DNA of 64,000 nt from Eledone cirrhosa (lineage: Eukaryota), in assembly GCA_964016885.1 (NCBI GenBank), contig OZ024753.1, forward strand, positions 8,122,001 to 8,186,000, given 5' to 3'. Below are positions 1 to 13,173 of this stretch, piece by piece (the stretch's first letter is position 1; each line of letters opens with the position of its first letter). The notes beneath the pieces are model-generated. The model saw only the letters and a list, made by a program, of their open reading frames with translations, was not told the origin of the DNA and did no database searches. Made by a program: the position numbers and the translations under genes.

Positions 1-271
1 GTATATTTATCTAAAAACCTTCCATCATGATGCTATGTAAGAATCTTTGTTCGAGAAACCAGCTTAATAATGAGAAATTTAGTTATATGACTAAATACTA
101 CTACATTCTTGATTATTTTCAAAAGTATTTGAAAATCATAGGCAATGTTTGTTCATTTGCATTTTTAGAAATGGATTAATTGTTACCACAAATAATAAAG
201 GGATTAATGTTACCACAAATAATAAAGGGATCAATGTTACCACAGTTTACCCGCTAGCCTGAAATTAGTTA

Positions 272-438
272 CCATATTTCTCGTTGTCGGAGATGCTACT
301 TTTTTCCTAAAATAAGTCTCAAAAATCTACCATGCTCTCTGAAGGCTCAAGGTTGTTTATTATTTTTTTCAAATTTTTGGTTGTCAAAATTAGAGCGGAC
401 CCTCGAAGATAAAGAGTCTTCAGTGCCAGGAAATACGG
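272..438. mobile_element. Tc2/pogo-like MITE (diverged copy)
   Basis: Termini CCATATTTC...GAAATACGG flanked by TA on both sides; interior homologous to the cleaner copy at 43885-44061. Confidence 0.75.
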
Positions 439-607
439 TATATGTTAGACAATGTTTAAATGGTATATATAGTTTGTGTGTGAGCAAGCATTATTAGCCC
501 TTATGTCTAGGGCTATGGATTGGCAGAATTCTATAAACTTAGAGTTCAAATCTCACCAAGAATTGACTTCCTTTTCATTCTTTTGGGATTGATATCATTG
601 ATTACTA

Positions 608-817
608 TGGCAGTGGATTGGCAGTATCCGCAGAACGTTGGACAACATGCTTTGTAACAGAGTTTTACAGTCTGAGTTCAAATCTCACCGAGGTTAACTT
701 TGCCTTTCATCCTTACGGCGTCGATAAAATAAAGTACCAGTAATGTACTGGGGGATCGATTTAATCGACTTTCCCCTCCTCCCAAATTACTGGCCTTGTG
801 CCTATAGTAGAAATCAT
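608..817 (+). mobile_element. SINE family A (tRNA-like head plus Meta-like core), older variant
   Basis: A-box-like TGGCAGTATCCG, B-box GAGTTCAAATCTC, core CTTTGCCTTTCATCCTTACGGCGTCGATAAAATAAAGTACCAG shared with more than 25 copies in the window. Confidence 0.85.
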
Positions 818-1284
818 TGATTACTAGTATGTGATTAAATTCATACTCACTTTGCTAAAATAAATCCTTATTTATATTGCCATTTTTGAAATATTTCATT
901 CTTTCTTCTGCTGATCACCATCGTCATTTTATAAGAGCTTTCCATAATGGCGTGGGTTGGATATGTTGTCATGGTATAAGTCAGTTCTTATCTAGAGTGA
1001 ATAGAAAAGAGTGTGATGATGAAGATGGTTGCAGAAAAGAGAGTAGATATAAAGTGATAGGATGAAACCGGTGGTCAGTGAGGGGGATAATGTAACAGAA
1101 ACAGTGATAGGCAGCAACATGTAGGATGCTCACTAGGAACATTGGATAGGAAATCAATATGAGCTGCATGATGGGATAGCAATAGATATAGATAATGGTA
1201 GGGAAATCTTATGTGTTGTACTTAACACAATTTCGACCGGGTTTTTTTTTTTTGCTGGATACTTTTCCTATCACCAATCGCTTT

Positions 1285-2169
1285 ACAGCATGGACTGTGT
1301 TCATTATTCATGTCACCAGCACTAGGGAAGTTGTCTTACTGAACTCACGAGTCCTCGCTACTCTATATCAGTTTTTATTTGGAGTGTCTACTCTCCTAGA
1401 CAGGTTGCCTTCACTACGGATTGAAATGTGGAAGAGAATGATGACTAGCAACAAAGAAATTACAGCATGTATTGGGTTCATTATTCATGCCACCAGCACT
1501 AGGGAAATTGTCTTACTGAACTCACGAGTCCTCGCTACTCTATATCAGTTTTTATTTGGAGTGTCTACTCTCCTAGACAGGTTGCCTTCACTACGGATTG
1601 AAATGTGGAAGAGAATGATGACTAGCAACAAAGAAATTACAGCATGTATTGGGTTCATTATTCATGCCACCAGCACTAGGGAAATTGTCTTACTTAACTC
1701 ACGAGTCCTCGCTACTCTATATCAGTTTTTATTTGGAGTGTCTACTCTCATAGACAGGTTGCCTTCACTACGGATTGAAATGTGGAAGAGAATGATGACT
1801 AGTAACAAAGAAATTACAGCATGTATTGGGTTCATTATTCATGCCACCAGCACTAGGGAAGTTGTCTTACTTAACTCACGAGTCCTCGCTACTCTATATC
1901 AGTTTTTATTTGGAGTGTCTACTCTCCTAGACAGGTTGCCTTCACTACGGATTGAAATGTGGAAGAGAATGATGGCTAGCAACAAAGAAATTACAGCATG
2001 TATTGGGTTCATTATTCATGCCACCAGCACTAGGGAAATTGTCTTACTGAACTCACGAGTCCTTGCTACTCTATATCAGTTTATATTTGGAGTGTCTACT
2101 CTCCTAAATGGGTTGCCTTCACTACAGATTGAAATGGGGAAGAGAATGATGGCTAGCAACAAAGAAATT
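1285..2169. repeat. Tandem array, 5 x 177-bp unit
   Basis: ACAGCATG recurs at 1285, 1462, 1639, 1816, 1993; units nearly identical; accounts for the 59-aa repeats of ORF 1195..2172. Confidence 0.97.
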
Positions 2170-2629
2170 TGAGCTTGTAAATTCTAAATATACCTTTAGA
2201 AAAATGTGAAACTCACAAATTTCCATTTCGCTCTTTCCTAAACATTTTCATCTTTATTCCTGCATTAAAAAACAGCATTATTCCAAACGTTATTGCTACA
2301 AACAATTTATTGATTTATTTTTCAATTCTTCCACTCTCGTTATTGATATTTCATTTAGTTATATTACATAGAACATTTTCTTTTTTAAATACAGCAAAGA
2401 GAGTTTTGCTATCTCTAGATTTACATCATTAGCAATGTAATTAATGGCAAAATTAGATAGAAATTAAAGAATTTGTTGTAATATTCTTCATATTCTCTTG
2501 TTTCATTTTTTGACTCCACCAGATCTAAAACTGATAGGATAATAACCAAATTCTGTTGTTAAGTGGAGAACCATAAAACATAAATCATATACTTACTTTT
2601 TTGTTTGGTTTTTCATTGCTGATTTATCA

Positions 2630-2828
2630 ACACACACATGCATATCTGTATGTGTGTGTGTGTGTATGTATATATATATATATGTGTATGTATGAGTGTG
2701 TGTGAGTGTGTATATATGTTTGTGTGTGTGTAAGTATATATATATATATATATATATACATTTGTGTGTGTATATATATGTGTGTGACTATATATATATA
2801 TGTGTGTGCTTCTTTGTATATGTATATA

Positions 2829-2867
<39 letters not shown>

Positions 2868-3031
2868 ATCTATCTATCTAAGGCGGGTAAAATTCCCGAG
2901 ATCCATGGACGAGTTCTCTCCAGCGGTCTCTGTCCCTCATTATCGCTGCCATATCCTATATATATATATACACACATACAGATATATATATGTATACACA
3001 GAAGCACAGACATATATGTATACACACAAGC

Positions 3032-3097
<66 letters not shown>

Positions 3098-3120
3098 ACA
3101 TATATATTTATATATATATA
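2630..3120. repeat. Compound (TG)n/(TA)n/(CA)n microsatellite
   Basis: Direct reading; one of many similar tracts (e.g. 8870-8982, 12535-13172, 16277-16475, 24540-25180, 50090-50265, 53655-54370, 56835-57120, 60635-60815, 62073-62348). Confidence 0.97.
2866..2957 (-). mobile_element. 5'-truncated 3' end of RTE-clade LINE with (TAGA)n tail, inside (TA)n
   Basis: Minus strand reads [25 protein letters not shown] then (TAGA)n; near-identical to 6933-7012. Confidence 0.85.
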
Positions 3121-3462
3121 TTCCTGAATTTGTTTGCTTTCAGTGTAGAGATAAACACCTGACTATATGTCTCATTGTATTGCAGCAGAGTATTGTGGCT
3201 GTTGAGACTTGTTTTGCTAAACATTTTCATATGAAAACATTATTTTGGAAAATATATACTATATATGTAAATAACATACATCGCCTTCATCACCATCATT
3301 TTTACACCTGCTTTATCGTTGTTGTACAGCTGTAAGTTCAAACCTGTAACCACAAGTTTGGGGAAAGAAACCTTTGAACCATGCCTGAACCTATTATAAT
3401 TACATATACTGTAAACTATAAGTAGTAGTTTAACCCTTTAGAATGTGCATTATTCAATATTT

Positions 3463-3659
3463 GAAGGTGCATGGCTTAGGGGTTAGAGCATTGGGCTTGC
3501 AATTGAGATGTGAGTTCGATTCTCGGACCGGGTGATGTATTGTGTCCTTGAGCAAGACACTTTATTTGACGTTGCTCCAGTTTACTTAGCTGTAGAAATG
3601 AGTTGTGACGTCACTGGTGCCAAGCTGTATCAGCCATTGCCTTTCCCTTGGACATCATC
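3463..3659 (+). mobile_element. tRNA-headed CORE-like SINE (OR1-like tail, continued or duplicated at 4263-4460)
   Basis: Head GGTGCATGGCTTAGGGGTTAGAGC...GAGTTCGATTCTC; CORE-like CCTTGAGCAAGACACTTT...CTCCAGTTTACTTAGCTGTAGAAATG. Confidence 0.75.
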
Positions 3660-3775
3660 ATATATAGTGTATATATAATGTATATAGAATACATATATAA
3701 TGTATATGTTGTGTATAAATAATTGTTTCTACTTTTGGCACAAGGCCAGCAATTACCCAGTGCACATGGCTTAGA

Positions 3776-4120
3776 TGGAGGCACATGGCTTAGTGGTTAG
3801 AGCATTGGCCTTGCAATCAAAAGGTTGTGAGTTCAATTCTCAGACCGGGTGATGTGTTGTTTCCTTGAGCAAGAGACTTTATTTCACATTGCTCCAGTTT
3901 ACTCAGCTGTAGAAATGAGATGATAGGGACTGGGGTCCATATCATTCCACTGCAAAGTGGTCATGGAGGTGCCACGGCAAAAAAGCACCCAGCACTCACT
4001 GTAAATGAGGTTGGTGTTAGGAAGGGCATCCAGCTGTAGAAATCATGCCAGAATCAGTTCCCGTCCCACCCTTGCAAGCAGGGAAAAGCGGACGTAAAAT
4101 GAAATGATGATGATGATGAT
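3776..4120 (+). mobile_element. SINE family B (tRNA head + CORE-like + RTE-derived tail with (GAT)n), inserted into a minus-strand family A SINE
   Basis: Full-length copy ending CCCTTGCAAGCAGGGAAAAGCGGACGTAAAATGAAATGATGATGAT; the host family A SINE is split into 3718-3764 and 4121-4260. Confidence 0.9.
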
Positions 4121-4955
4121 TACTGGTACTTTATTTTATCGACCCCGTAAGGATGAAAGGCAAAGTTAACCTCGACGGGATTTGAACTCAGACCGTAATA
4201 GGACGTAACTATGCTAGAAAGCATGACATCGAACCCTCTACCGATACTGCCAAATCGCCAACGAGTTGCGATGTCACTGGTGCCAAGCTGTATCAGACAT
4301 TACCTTTCCCTTGCACATCATCGGTGGCATGGAGAGGGGAGGATGGTATGTATGGGTGACTACTGGTCTTCCACAAACAACCTTGCCCGGACTTGTGCCT
4401 CGAAGTGAAACTTTCTAGGTATAAATACCATGGTCATTCATGACAGAAAGGGGTCTTTACTCTATATTCACTATTGTATTGTTACAGTAAAGGCTTTACT
4501 TCACATAATTATCTCACATAATATCGAATCTATGATTTTGATATTATTTATTTTGAGAACAATACCTTAACAATACCTTAACAATACCTTAACAATACCT
4601 TAACAATACCCTGCTGCGGGTGGAGTCTTCGACTTGGCTTGAGCATGGACTCAAACTCAAATGAAATGAAATACCTAGTTACAGCTAGTTTGAACAAAAA
4701 GATGTGAGAGACTCTTAACCGGATACAGCTGGTTTAAATTCTAAAGGGTTAAATATCTGCTGTGACTGATAACTACTTCACTTATTAAGAATAGACATTG
4801 GTGTCTATTCTTAATAACTGAACTAAAGTGTATAGAATAAACTGTTCTGGCTAAATATTTAATGAAACTTCTACAATTGCTTTGAATTCATAAACTGCGG
4901 CCTACTTATCTAATAGCATATCCACTAGGACATTTCAACTCTCCCTCTGCTTATA

Positions 4956-5445
4956 TGAGGGTCAGATGAAAAGTTTATAGCCTGATCATGAAGTATTGAC
5001 GCTAGAGCTGTGAAATCTTGCATGCATTAATTTAAACTGTTCTTATTACTAACTGCATTGGTTCTTTCCAGGGACTATGTTGAAAAATAAACTACATTTC
5101 GCCATTCCATGATAGTACCTTGGTCAGCCTATGAAGAAGTGATGCTAGAGCTGTGAAATCTTGCATGCATTAATTTCAACTCTTCTTATTAGACCCTGGA
5201 GAGAAACGATGCAGTTACTATGTTGAAAAATAAACCTCATTTAGTGATTCCATGAGAGTATCTTGGTCATAGGCTGACTATGAAGGAGTGATGTTAGGGA
5301 TGTGAAATCTTGCATGCATTAATTTCAACTGTTCTTATTTATAACTGTATCATTTCTCTCCAGGGGCTATATTGAAAGATAAACCTCATTTGGTCATTCC
5401 ATGAGAGTATCTTGGTCAGCCTGTGACCTTTTAAGCGTACCCTTA
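4956..5445 (+). mobile_element. Mariner-derived MITE with triplicated internal segment
   Basis: TA-flanked TGAGGGTCAGATGAAAAGT terminus; internal unit repeated three times, unit 1 containing GAC TAT GTT GAA AAA TAA (DYVEK*, mariner transposase C-terminus, 5073-5090); single-unit copy at 15552-15750, inverted partial copy at 37172-37360. Confidence 0.8.
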
Positions 5446-5926
5446 TATGTAATATCTATTTCAACTGACCATATGTAAGCAGACATTTTGAAATAAACTC
5501 CATACAGCTTTTATTCAAGTTATAACATATATTTGTATATAAGTGAGAGAAATATTGATCAATAGTGCTTAAAAAAAGAACTGTGAAAGCTGAGAAGGTA
5601 AATATATAAATAAACAATTCCTCATAAATAATGTAGAGCAAAGGAAAATAATAAAGTAGGAAAATATTAATTAATGTCAGTTTCTTAAGGGGAAATGACT
5701 GATGAAAACTAAACGACAAATATTGTAAGAAATAGATAAGAAATCTAACAATTGTGTCATTATAAACACTGAACATTTTATAGTGAGGATATGTAAAATG
5801 TTCCTTATATAACATGTATGATAGTTCATTGGTGTCACATTTGCAGAGAAATTCTTAGAAAATCTTTTGTATATTATAGATATACTGTATGGTGGTTCAG
5901 ACTATGTGGCACTGAGTTTATATTAA

Positions 5927-6075
5927 CCCTTTTGCTTTTAAACCGACCACATTCGGCCAAAATTCTCTTTCCTCTTTCTCTTCAAACTAATTGTAACTGG
6001 CCACTCATACTGATGTTAAGGTATTGCTCTCAAAATAAATAATATCAAAATCTCATAGATTCGATATTATGTGAG
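5927..6075 (-). mobile_element. Partial piggyBac-like MITE
   Basis: TTAA|CCCTTT terminus; reverse-complement match to the 3' half of 19093-19313. Confidence 0.7.
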
Positions 6076-6529
6076 AAACTTGTATCAATAGTCTGACAAA
6101 ATGCCTTTTAGTATTGTCACATAATTTCTGAGTTGGAATCATTCTCCGGTTAATTTTACCATCCATTCTTCTAGGGTTGATAAAATAAGAATCAACCCTA
6201 TACTAAGATAAAATTTAACAAGAATTCATCTCCTTTATAAAATTTCTGGTTTTTACCTATGTTAGAAATCAATATCTTTAACATGTTTAAATTCATCTCT
6301 TAATGTAATGGTAACACATTGGTCCAACAAACCAAAGATGTGGGTTCATTTCCCATGCACATTAATACTCATCCTTTTTTCCATTCAGAGGGTTTTTAAC
6401 CCCCCCCCCCCAACTAACAGACTAATTCTATTTAGTCAAATCCGGCGTAAGCACATGTTACTATCTAATTTTCAAATTTACTAACTGTTTCTAAACAAAG
6501 CCTGGTTTGTATCTGCCTATATATTATCT

Positions 6530-7012
6530 GTGTCTCCAACAGACCAGTGTCTGTCCTTAGGGCATCAACATACGTTAACCTTGGTCTTCCTTTTCTAGTG
6601 TGTCCATGTAGGGGCTCCCAAAGGAGCACTAAGTGCAATGTCAGCTCTGGATGTCGGTGAGCATGTCCAGCTAACCTCAGTCTCCTCTGTGTCACTTTTG
6701 AGCTGACTTTTGGGATGCTCCCATACAGCTCTGAGTTTTTCATCCTCAGTGTATACTGATTAATGTTCAGAGCCATCATCAGCATTCTCGTGTAGCACCC
6801 ATCCACCATCTGAGTGAGTTTCTTGGTCAGTGTCCAAGTCTCAGACCCATACAGCAGCACAGACTCCACTACAGCAATGTAGAGGCGGATTTTCAGGTCT
6901 CTACGAAGGTCCGACTTCCACACCGATCTCAAGCAGCGATAATGAGGGACAGAGACCGCTGGAGAGAACTCGTCCATGGATCTCGGGAATTTTACCCACC
7001 TTAGATAGATAG
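6530..7012. mobile_element. RTE-clade LINE 3' fragment with 5' inversion and 11-bp TSD
   Basis: 6530-6932 (minus) encodes an RTE ORF C-terminal region (ESVLLYGSETWTLT...RRLRLAGH...GRPRLTYVDALRTDTG); 6933-7012 (plus) encodes the continuation [14 protein letters not shown] plus a (TAGA)n tail; ATATATTATCT at 6519-6529 and 7013-7023. Confidence 0.92.
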
Positions 7013-7073
7013 ATATATTATCTCTAAAAATATTGTTCAATTATACCTTTACTCCACTTATCACATGCTAATA

Positions 7074-7350
7074 CAGTAGAACCTCTGTTTACAAAATTAA
7101 TTCATTCCTAAAGGCTGTTCATTACTTGAAATGTTTGTTAACCAAAACTAGTTTTCCATTAAGAAATGTAAAGAGAGAAAGAGAGACTGCGTGTGAAAGA
7201 CAGATAGATATCACCATAGTAACTAAACAGCAAGTGATACTTTCTTGCCAATACTCCAAGCTTGTTGCCAACCATTGTTTCTGGTTTGCATATTCATCAC
7301 CTGAAACATTTTTTGTTTAGAAACATTGTTCGTGAACCAAAGTTTCACAG
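7074..7350. mobile_element. Tigger/pogo-like MITE (degraded)
   Basis: TA|CAGTAGAACCTCTGTTTAC ... GTGAACCAAAGTTTCACAG|TA imperfect TIRs. Confidence 0.55.
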
Positions 7351-8680
7351 TATATCTCTTTACATAATCTAGCTACTGTGTCTTTTGATTATATATTTAA
7401 TTATTCTGGTTGTCTTTAAAGAAGAGACTAATTCCCTCTCCTCAATACAACTGATTCGTTGCACCCCCCCCCCCCCCCACACACACACACACACATACAC
7501 ACACTCAGTAATAATGGACTTGACTAATGAAATGGAGAATGTTTCTACAATTCAACCTAAGAAAGAATATTACATCTTAGTAGTGGAGATTTTATGTTAG
7601 TTCATGACTAAATCAATAAAGCAGTAACATAACTCATTCAACAACTACCATAGTATCCTTGACATGGGGCCAAGCACATGTTTAACCTATAGATATCATG
7701 ACTGCATGTCTTTGCAATAGAGACTTTATGGTGACACACTGACTGCTGTTGATTAACCAATTATATGATTAGCTATGTTTGTGTAATAGTTCTACACAAA
7801 GCAAGACAGCACTGAGGTCACTCAATACCAACAAGCTTACTAATGGATAAGATATTTGAATCAGAAATGAAATATATGACAGTTGATTTTAAGAATGTTA
7901 AGAGAGATATTCTGTATTAAAATTTCAATGAAATGTCATAGGTTTTGAAATAAGAAAAATAAATATACAAGTCAATGAATAAAATAAGATTAGATTTGAT
8001 AGCAGAAGAGATTTTTGAAGACAAACTGGTTATCAAGAAAGCCAGGAAGTTTCAATATTTCCTATAATAACTTTGGAATGAATATACTAGGTTTCTCTAA
8101 CTGATCAATATTCAAACAGCTAGTTACTTTTTAATTAGGTTAATAACCCTGCAATTAGACTAATTAAAGATCATTAATTCAACAGCTTCAACAGCAAATA
8201 TGGCTGTGAGATATTAGAGTGGGTATCTTAGAATCAATTAGACCTGGAGAAAATCCAACATCATGCTTTATATTAAACACTTAAATTTGTTACTGTATTG
8301 TTTCATTTCATGATTTCCAATGAGTTTAATTTAATGAAACTGCTTCAGTTTTGATCCTCACATTATACAACGTCTACCTTTTTCACTATAATCTTCTTAC
8401 TATTCTACTTTGGATAGTTTGTATCACCTAGAAGTAGAATGGTCAAGTAGAATGAATAATCAAGTGTATTAAGTGGTGTATATATACTAGCAATAACTCA
8501 CAAGCTGTGAGTTCAAATCATCTGTAGAACAGTCTTTTGTTAAGTTTATCTGTCAAGCAAACTCTTCTTTAGTGTTCATACTGAGACATAAGTACCAGCA
8601 ACACACTGGGGTCTATTTAATTGATTTTGCCTTCCCCAAAATGGATGGCCGTATGCCTAAATCAGAAAGCATTATATATA

Positions 8681-8868
8681 TAGGTGGATTGGCAGTATCG
8701 GTAGAGAGGCGGACACCATGCTTTGAAGCATAGAGTTACGTCCCTTTATGATCTGAGTTCAAATCCCGCCGAGGTTAACTTTGCCTTTCATCCTTACGGG
8801 GTTGATAAAATAAAGTACCAGTAATGTACTGGTTAATTGCTGGCCTTGTGCCAAAAATAGAAACAATT
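8681..8868 (+). mobile_element. SINE family A
   Basis: Full match to the family consensus GGTGGATTGGCAGTATCGG...GAAACAATT. Confidence 0.9.
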
Positions 8869-8870
8869 TT

Positions 8871-8905
<35 letters not shown>

Positions 8906-8914
8906 TATACACAC

Positions 8915-8950
<36 letters not shown>

Positions 8951-9093
8951 GTATATATACACACATATATATATATATATATAGCAACTTTCTTAATGTT
9001 ATTATTATATTGATTTTCCTTCGTAACTACAAACTACGAGTGTTGAGAGCTTTCTCCTGATTGCTTCTGTTTTTACCAAAACAATCTCTTCAG

Positions 9094-9128
<35 letters not shown>

Positions 9129-9150
9129 GTAGAGCACTGGAAGGTAATTA

Positions 9151-9188
9151 CGAGCTGAGGATCCGCTAAGGTGAAACAATTGTTCTCG
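9151..9188 (+). ncRNA. Minimal type I hammerhead ribozyme motif (Penelope-like)
   Basis: CGAG-CTGAGGA-tCCgctaaGGt-GAAA-caattgTT-CTCG: stem I CGAG/CTCG, palindromic stem III ACAATTGT, GUU site; in a ~95-bp island between (TA)n tracts. Confidence 0.8.
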
Positions 9189-11331
9189 GTATGGTGAACT
9201 AACTGTTGTGTAACCACTTCTATATATATATATATACATATATAGTGTGTGAGTGTATATATGTGTGTGTGTGTATGAAAATATGTGTAAAATTCTTTCA
9301 TAAATTTGACATGCAATATAATAATTTGTATTGATATTTTGATATAGATTTGCAATAATTAATTTTTAGATGATTTAGTGCAACGAATATTAAGATGTAT
9401 AACATTTCAACAACAACTCTATTGTCTAACGTTCAGAAAGAAAAATATTAGTATGATCGATTGATTACAATAGTGTTAGTGTTATAAAATAAATACTGAA
9501 AGATCAATTCTATTTTAAGATTAAACAAACCTAACTCAATTTCAATAGAGAATTTCAGTGAATTTAAAAAAAAATTTTTTTTACAACTATCTTTGATAAA
9601 TGGTTTTACTAAAAACAGATTGAATTGAATATTGCTTTTTATTTATGAGTTTAACATTTGTGGAGGTGTTCGTCTGGGTTGGCATTCAGCCTTGCTTTCA
9701 TTATTCCAAGAGTATTAGAATACACTAGATCACCTGTGACCCATTGGGTCATGTTCATTTGAAAATATTTTTTAAAAATCATGTTCACTTAAAAATAATT
9801 TTTAAGTAAAATATACACAGACATTTCATTTCATTTTTTCATTTCATTTTACGTCCACTTTTCCATGCTTGCAAGGGTGGGACGGGAACTGATTCTGGCA
9901 TGTATATATATATATATATATGCACACACAGATATATATAATCATATACATGTTTATTTCAATAAAACCACCAGCTCTCTCTCTCTTCCATTTTCCTTCT
10001 ATGTCTCTCTCTCAATCTCCTCTCTCACTACCACTATCTTTTTCTCTCTATCTTTCTATCTCTCTATTTATGAAGGCACCCGGAAAAAGCCCATATCTCG
10101 ATTTATGTGAAACTTGTTTTATTCCATTTGTATTCCCATTTCAAAGGCAACTTCCTTTCAAACTATTTTCCCACTATGCACCATTTTGTATTAAATTACA
10201 GACAAGCACACAATCACAGAGTTTTAGTAGTATATAGATAACATTGTTGAAATTTTCAAACCTTTGGCTCTGAAAATGATTAATTATATTTGTTTCATTA
10301 ATATTTAAACAATTTATTTCTCGGTTATCAAGAGTGTTTTAAATTATAATTGATGATGTGGATGTTAGAAGCAAAGAAAAAAAATGGAGGTTTTAATATT
10401 AAATAAAATTAATGAAATAATGCCAAATAACAAAAATGGTATTTGTAATTATTGTGAAAATATCCTACATAACTGTATATTCAGTAAAATAGTTGTGTAT
10501 TAGAAAGCGCACCCAGTTATAGAAAACATGCCAATAAGGGTTGGATGGGCTGTTTAGTCATGTCACAGACATGGCACCATATAAAGTAGTTGGTGTTAGG
10601 AAAAGGAATTCAGTTGTATAAATCTTACCAAAATGGGTTAAAGGGCTGCTTAGTTATGTTAAGGGCATAGCAATCTCTTTGCTACTGGTGTAATACAAAG
10701 TGGTTGGGGTTAAGAAGGGCATCCAGCTATAGGAACAATGCCAAGGAAAGTGTTGAGAGGACTTTTCAATTGCATTAAGGACATGACAACACTCTTCCCC
10801 CACTTAGTGCTGGTGCACAATAAAATACATCCAGTACACTCACACTCTGTAATGAGAATGGTGTTTGTAAGGACACCCAGCGTTAGAAACCTTGACAAAA
10901 CCAGAAAGCATGTGAGCAAGATGTGGGTTTGGACAGAGAATAATTAAATCTTAAGAAACAGGGTTGGTTTTTTTATATCAATTTTTTCATATGTACTGAT
11001 ATTTCAAGATTAATATCTCTTCTTCCGAGGAATATAAAGGAACTATTCCAGTGTTTATAAAATTGTAGACTAATGAAAGATTTTGTCTATGCTGTGTCAA
11101 TTGTTTTGTTAGAGGGGGAAAATATTCCAGCTTTGAAGGTTCTGAATTTACACTTTTGTTTATTAGTGGTTTTAAAACTCACCATTTTAAATCTGATTAT
11201 AGTGCTACAGGTAACTTTTCATTCTTTAACATAGAGACGTCAATAAAACACATTAGTTATCTCAAAATCTAACACATACACTTGAACACCTAAACATTGT
11301 TTTTCTTTAGTCATACCTACATTAGTACAAT

Positions 11332-11500
11332 TTCATACACATACATATATTCCTACATACATACATACGCACAAATACCTTCATACACATACATATATTC
11401 CTACATACATACGCACAAATACCTTCATACACATACATATATTCCTACATACATACGCACAAATACATTCATACACATACATATATTCCTACATACATAC
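11332..11500. repeat. ~44-bp minisatellite (about 4 copies) within a (TACA)n tract
   Basis: TCATACACATACATATATTCCTACATACATACGCACAAATACCT repeated. Confidence 0.85.
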
Positions 11501-11625
11501 ACACACACACACACACAACCATACATTGCTACACACATACATAATTCCTACATACACACATACATACATACATACACATAGATACATACATTCCTACATA
11601 CAAATATACATGCATACATTCCTAC

Positions 11626-11871
11626 ATGGTGGCTGCCAACTCGTTTTCGAGTATGGCCACTACTTTATATCCATGTAGGAGAACCCCTACCGATGCACTG
11701 AACGAGTGTGACTTTTTAGTCCAGCCAGCGACTTGAAAACTCTGGTACAAACACTACACTTGCGACAATTATTGACACATAGTGCTGGGCCCATGGTACC
11801 ATGTGACGACAAGTGCAGAGAGATCTCCATATATAAAGCAATGCCTGTGCCGTGAAGCTTTTATAGTCAGC
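11626..11871 (-). mobile_element. Non-autonomous RTE derivative carrying a C-terminal C2H2 finger, (ATGT)n tail
   Basis: Minus strand 11758-11687 encodes CSVCTRVFKSLAGLKSHTRSVHR*; near-identical copy at 44118-44402; both embedded in (TACA)n. Confidence 0.75.
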
Positions 11872-12704
11872 ATACATACATATATACATAGACACTTACA
11901 CACATACATACACACTTACATACATTCCTACATACATACACTCACACATATACATACATTCATTCATACACATATATGTACATACATACATACACATATA
12001 CATACATACACATATATGTACATACATACACACACACACATATACATTCATTCATACGCATATACATACATATATGTACATACATACATATATATACATA
12101 CACACATACATTCTAAGAAATCTAACAAAACTAGACAAATTGAATTCTTACTAATTAAACACATACAAAGAGAAAAAAAAACAGATAAATCAAATCATTT
12201 ACCAAAGTTAAAAAAATAGCTAAAAAAACTTTAAAAAAAAAGAAAAATAAAAGAAGAAAAAAAAAGCAAAAAAAGAAGAAAAAAAAGAAGCACCTTATTA
12301 TCAAATTGAAACTGATGTAAAGAGAGGTGAGAGAAATGTTGAAAGAGGCAAATATATAAATTATTTCCTGGAATGATAAATACACCAACTGCAAACACAA
12401 TTAGAAATCTTCTCTGCTGCGTTTGTTTATTGTAAGTTTTCCTATTTTATAGTAATTTAATTTTGTTCTTTTTTTTACCTGAAAACCTAACACTAAATTT
12501 TCTACCAAATGCAACTTATTTGTGTGTATTTTTGAGTATGTATGTGTGTGTGTGTGTGTATATGTGTATGTATGTGTATGTGTGTGTGTGTGTGTGTGCG
12601 TGTGTGTGTGTGTATGTGTGTTTGTATGTATATATGTGTGTTTGTATGTATATATGTGTGTATGTATGCATGTATCTATGTATGTATGCATGTATCTATC
12701 TATG

Positions 12705-12738
<34 letters not shown>

Positions 12739-12790
12739 TATGTATGTATGTGTGTAAATATGTATGTATATATGTATGCTTGTATGTATG

Positions 12791-12829
<39 letters not shown>

Positions 12830-13048
12830 ATATATATATGTATGTAAATATGTATGTATATATGTATGTATATATATATATGTATGTAAATATGTATGTA
12901 TATATGTATGCTTGTATGTATGTATGTATATGTATGTAAATATGTATGTATGTATATATATGTATGTAAATATGTATGTATATATGTATGCTTGTATGTA
13001 TGTATATATATGTATGTAAATATGTATGTATATATGTATGCTTGTATG

Positions 13049-13080
<32 letters not shown>

Positions 13081-13122
13081 AATATGTATGTATATATGTA
13101 TGCTTGTATGTATGTATGTATG

Positions 13123-13172
<50 letters not shown>

Positions 13173-13173
<1 letters not shown>

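Larger units (their letters stand above)
3434..4748 (+). mobile_element. piggyBac-like MITE interrupted by nested SINEs
   Basis: TTAA|CCCTTTAG at 3430 and CTAAAGGG|TTAA at 4741-4752; interior 4463-4748 matches the intact copy at 19093-19313. Confidence 0.8.

Noticed and set aside
3776-3850. tRNA genes at SINE heads
   Set aside because: A/B boxes are present but continue into SINE bodies and lack a full cloverleaf acceptor stem.
6465-7040. 191-aa ORF as a host gene
   Set aside because: Chimera of antisense LINE tail, RTE ORF fragment and flanking DNA created by the inversion.
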